Source: Chthoniobacterales bacterium (GTDB lineage Bacteria > Verrucomicrobiota > Verrucomicrobiia > Chthoniobacterales > Chthoniobacteraceae). From it: a stretch of DNA of 64,000 nucleotides. The first letter of the stretch is position 1; each line of letters starts with the position of its first letter. The DNA lies in the NCBI GenBank assembly GCA_038207335.1, contig JBBQZX010000004.1, positions 32,001-96,000 of the forward strand, given 5' to 3'. The notes under the pieces were generated by a model. It made no database searches. It had not been told where the DNA came from and worked only from the letters and a program-made list of their open reading frames with translations. Of the stretch, positions 62,765 through 64,000 are shown piece after piece. The translations under genes were made by a program, and so were the position numbers.

Positions 62765-63262
62765 ATGTTGTACATAGCCAATCGTCATCGTGCTCAAAGC
62801 CCCGAGGCTCAACGCGCCCTCCACGCCGCGGATGGCTACCTCTACCTCAACATGGCGGATTATGCGCTGGAGGAACTCGAAGCGATCCCCGCTGACGAAA
62901 AAGCGTCCGCCTCTGTGCTGCTTGCGCGGACACGCGTGCTGCTGCATTTGCACAAATGGAAAGAGGCGGAAAAGCTTTCGGATCAAGGAACGAGGAGCCA
63001 TCCCGATGAGGATGAGTTCACGGTGCAGCGGGCATTTGCGCTGCATCAGATGCAGAAAGGCGAGCGTGCTGTGGAAGTGCTTTTAGCCGCGCCAGAGTGG
63101 CTGCGGCGAACGGGCATTTTGCATTACAATCTCGCGTGCTACGAGGCGCGACTCGGCGATCTTTCGACCGCTCGTGAGTGCATTGACGCGGCGATTCAGC
63201 TCAACTCCGCGATGAAAAAAAACGCACGCGTCGATCCGGATTTGCAGGCACTCTGGAACTGA
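62765..63262 (+). CDS. TPR protein
   Basis: 'LHAADGYLYLNM..ALEELE', 'AFALHQM', 'LHYNLACYEARLG', 'DPDLQALW'. Confidence 0.8.
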   Translation: MLYIANRHRAQSPEAQRALHAADGYLYLNMADYALEELEAIPADEKASASVLLARTRVLLHLHKWKEAEKLSDQGTRSHPDEDEFTVQRAFALHQMQKGERAVEVLLAAPEWLRRTGILHYNLACYEARLGDLSTARECIDAAIQLNSAMKKNARVDPDLQALWN

Positions 63263-63305
63263 GCGGCTGATTTCTCCATTGTCGCACAGTGGTGGCAGTC
63301 CTCGA

Positions 63306-64000
<695 letters not shown>

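Overview
GC-rich bacterial chromosomal window with about 50 CDS. The gene repertoire (LEPR-XLL protein, DUF1501 plus PSD1/planctomycete cytochrome c, Verrucomicrobia-type LacI and TPR proteins, GSII-type glutamine synthetase) points to the PVC superphylum, most likely a Chthoniobacterales-like verrucomicrobium; this is an inference. I saw no rRNA, tRNA, CRISPR array, transposase or integrase. Housekeeping genes include lpxI, a gnnA-like oxidoreductase, glnII, mlaEFD, folD, an RRM protein, a DEAD-box helicase, a DegQ protease and a hybrid histidine kinase. Four accessory blocks stand out. (1) 8.0-12.5 kb: a copper operon (heavy-metal-binding lipoprotein, TolC, Tat multicopper oxidase) preceded by a frameshifted CutF/DUF2946-like leader ORF ending in HAPP. 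(2) 27.4-38.7 kb: a eukaryote-like signalling island with two FHA-Ser/Thr receptor kinases (LRR or FGE ectodomain), a secreted LRR protein, a pseudokinase-FHA protein and an FHA-adenylate cyclase. (3) Inside that island, 29.8-30.9 kb: a frameshifted orphan gene next to a 21-bp-period repeat array that flips orientation and folds into a long hairpin. (4) 43.7-55.1 kb: a 2x cNMP-binding/4x[4Fe-4S] protein, a His-rich cytochrome-b-like membrane protein, decaheme and tetraheme cytochromes c, followed by DUF58/BatA/vWA genes. The best candidate for an undescribed system is block 4, a putative cyclic-nucleotide-gated transmembrane electron conduit, possibly fed by the kinase-cyclase island. All assignments come from motif recognition by eye; no database searches were run.
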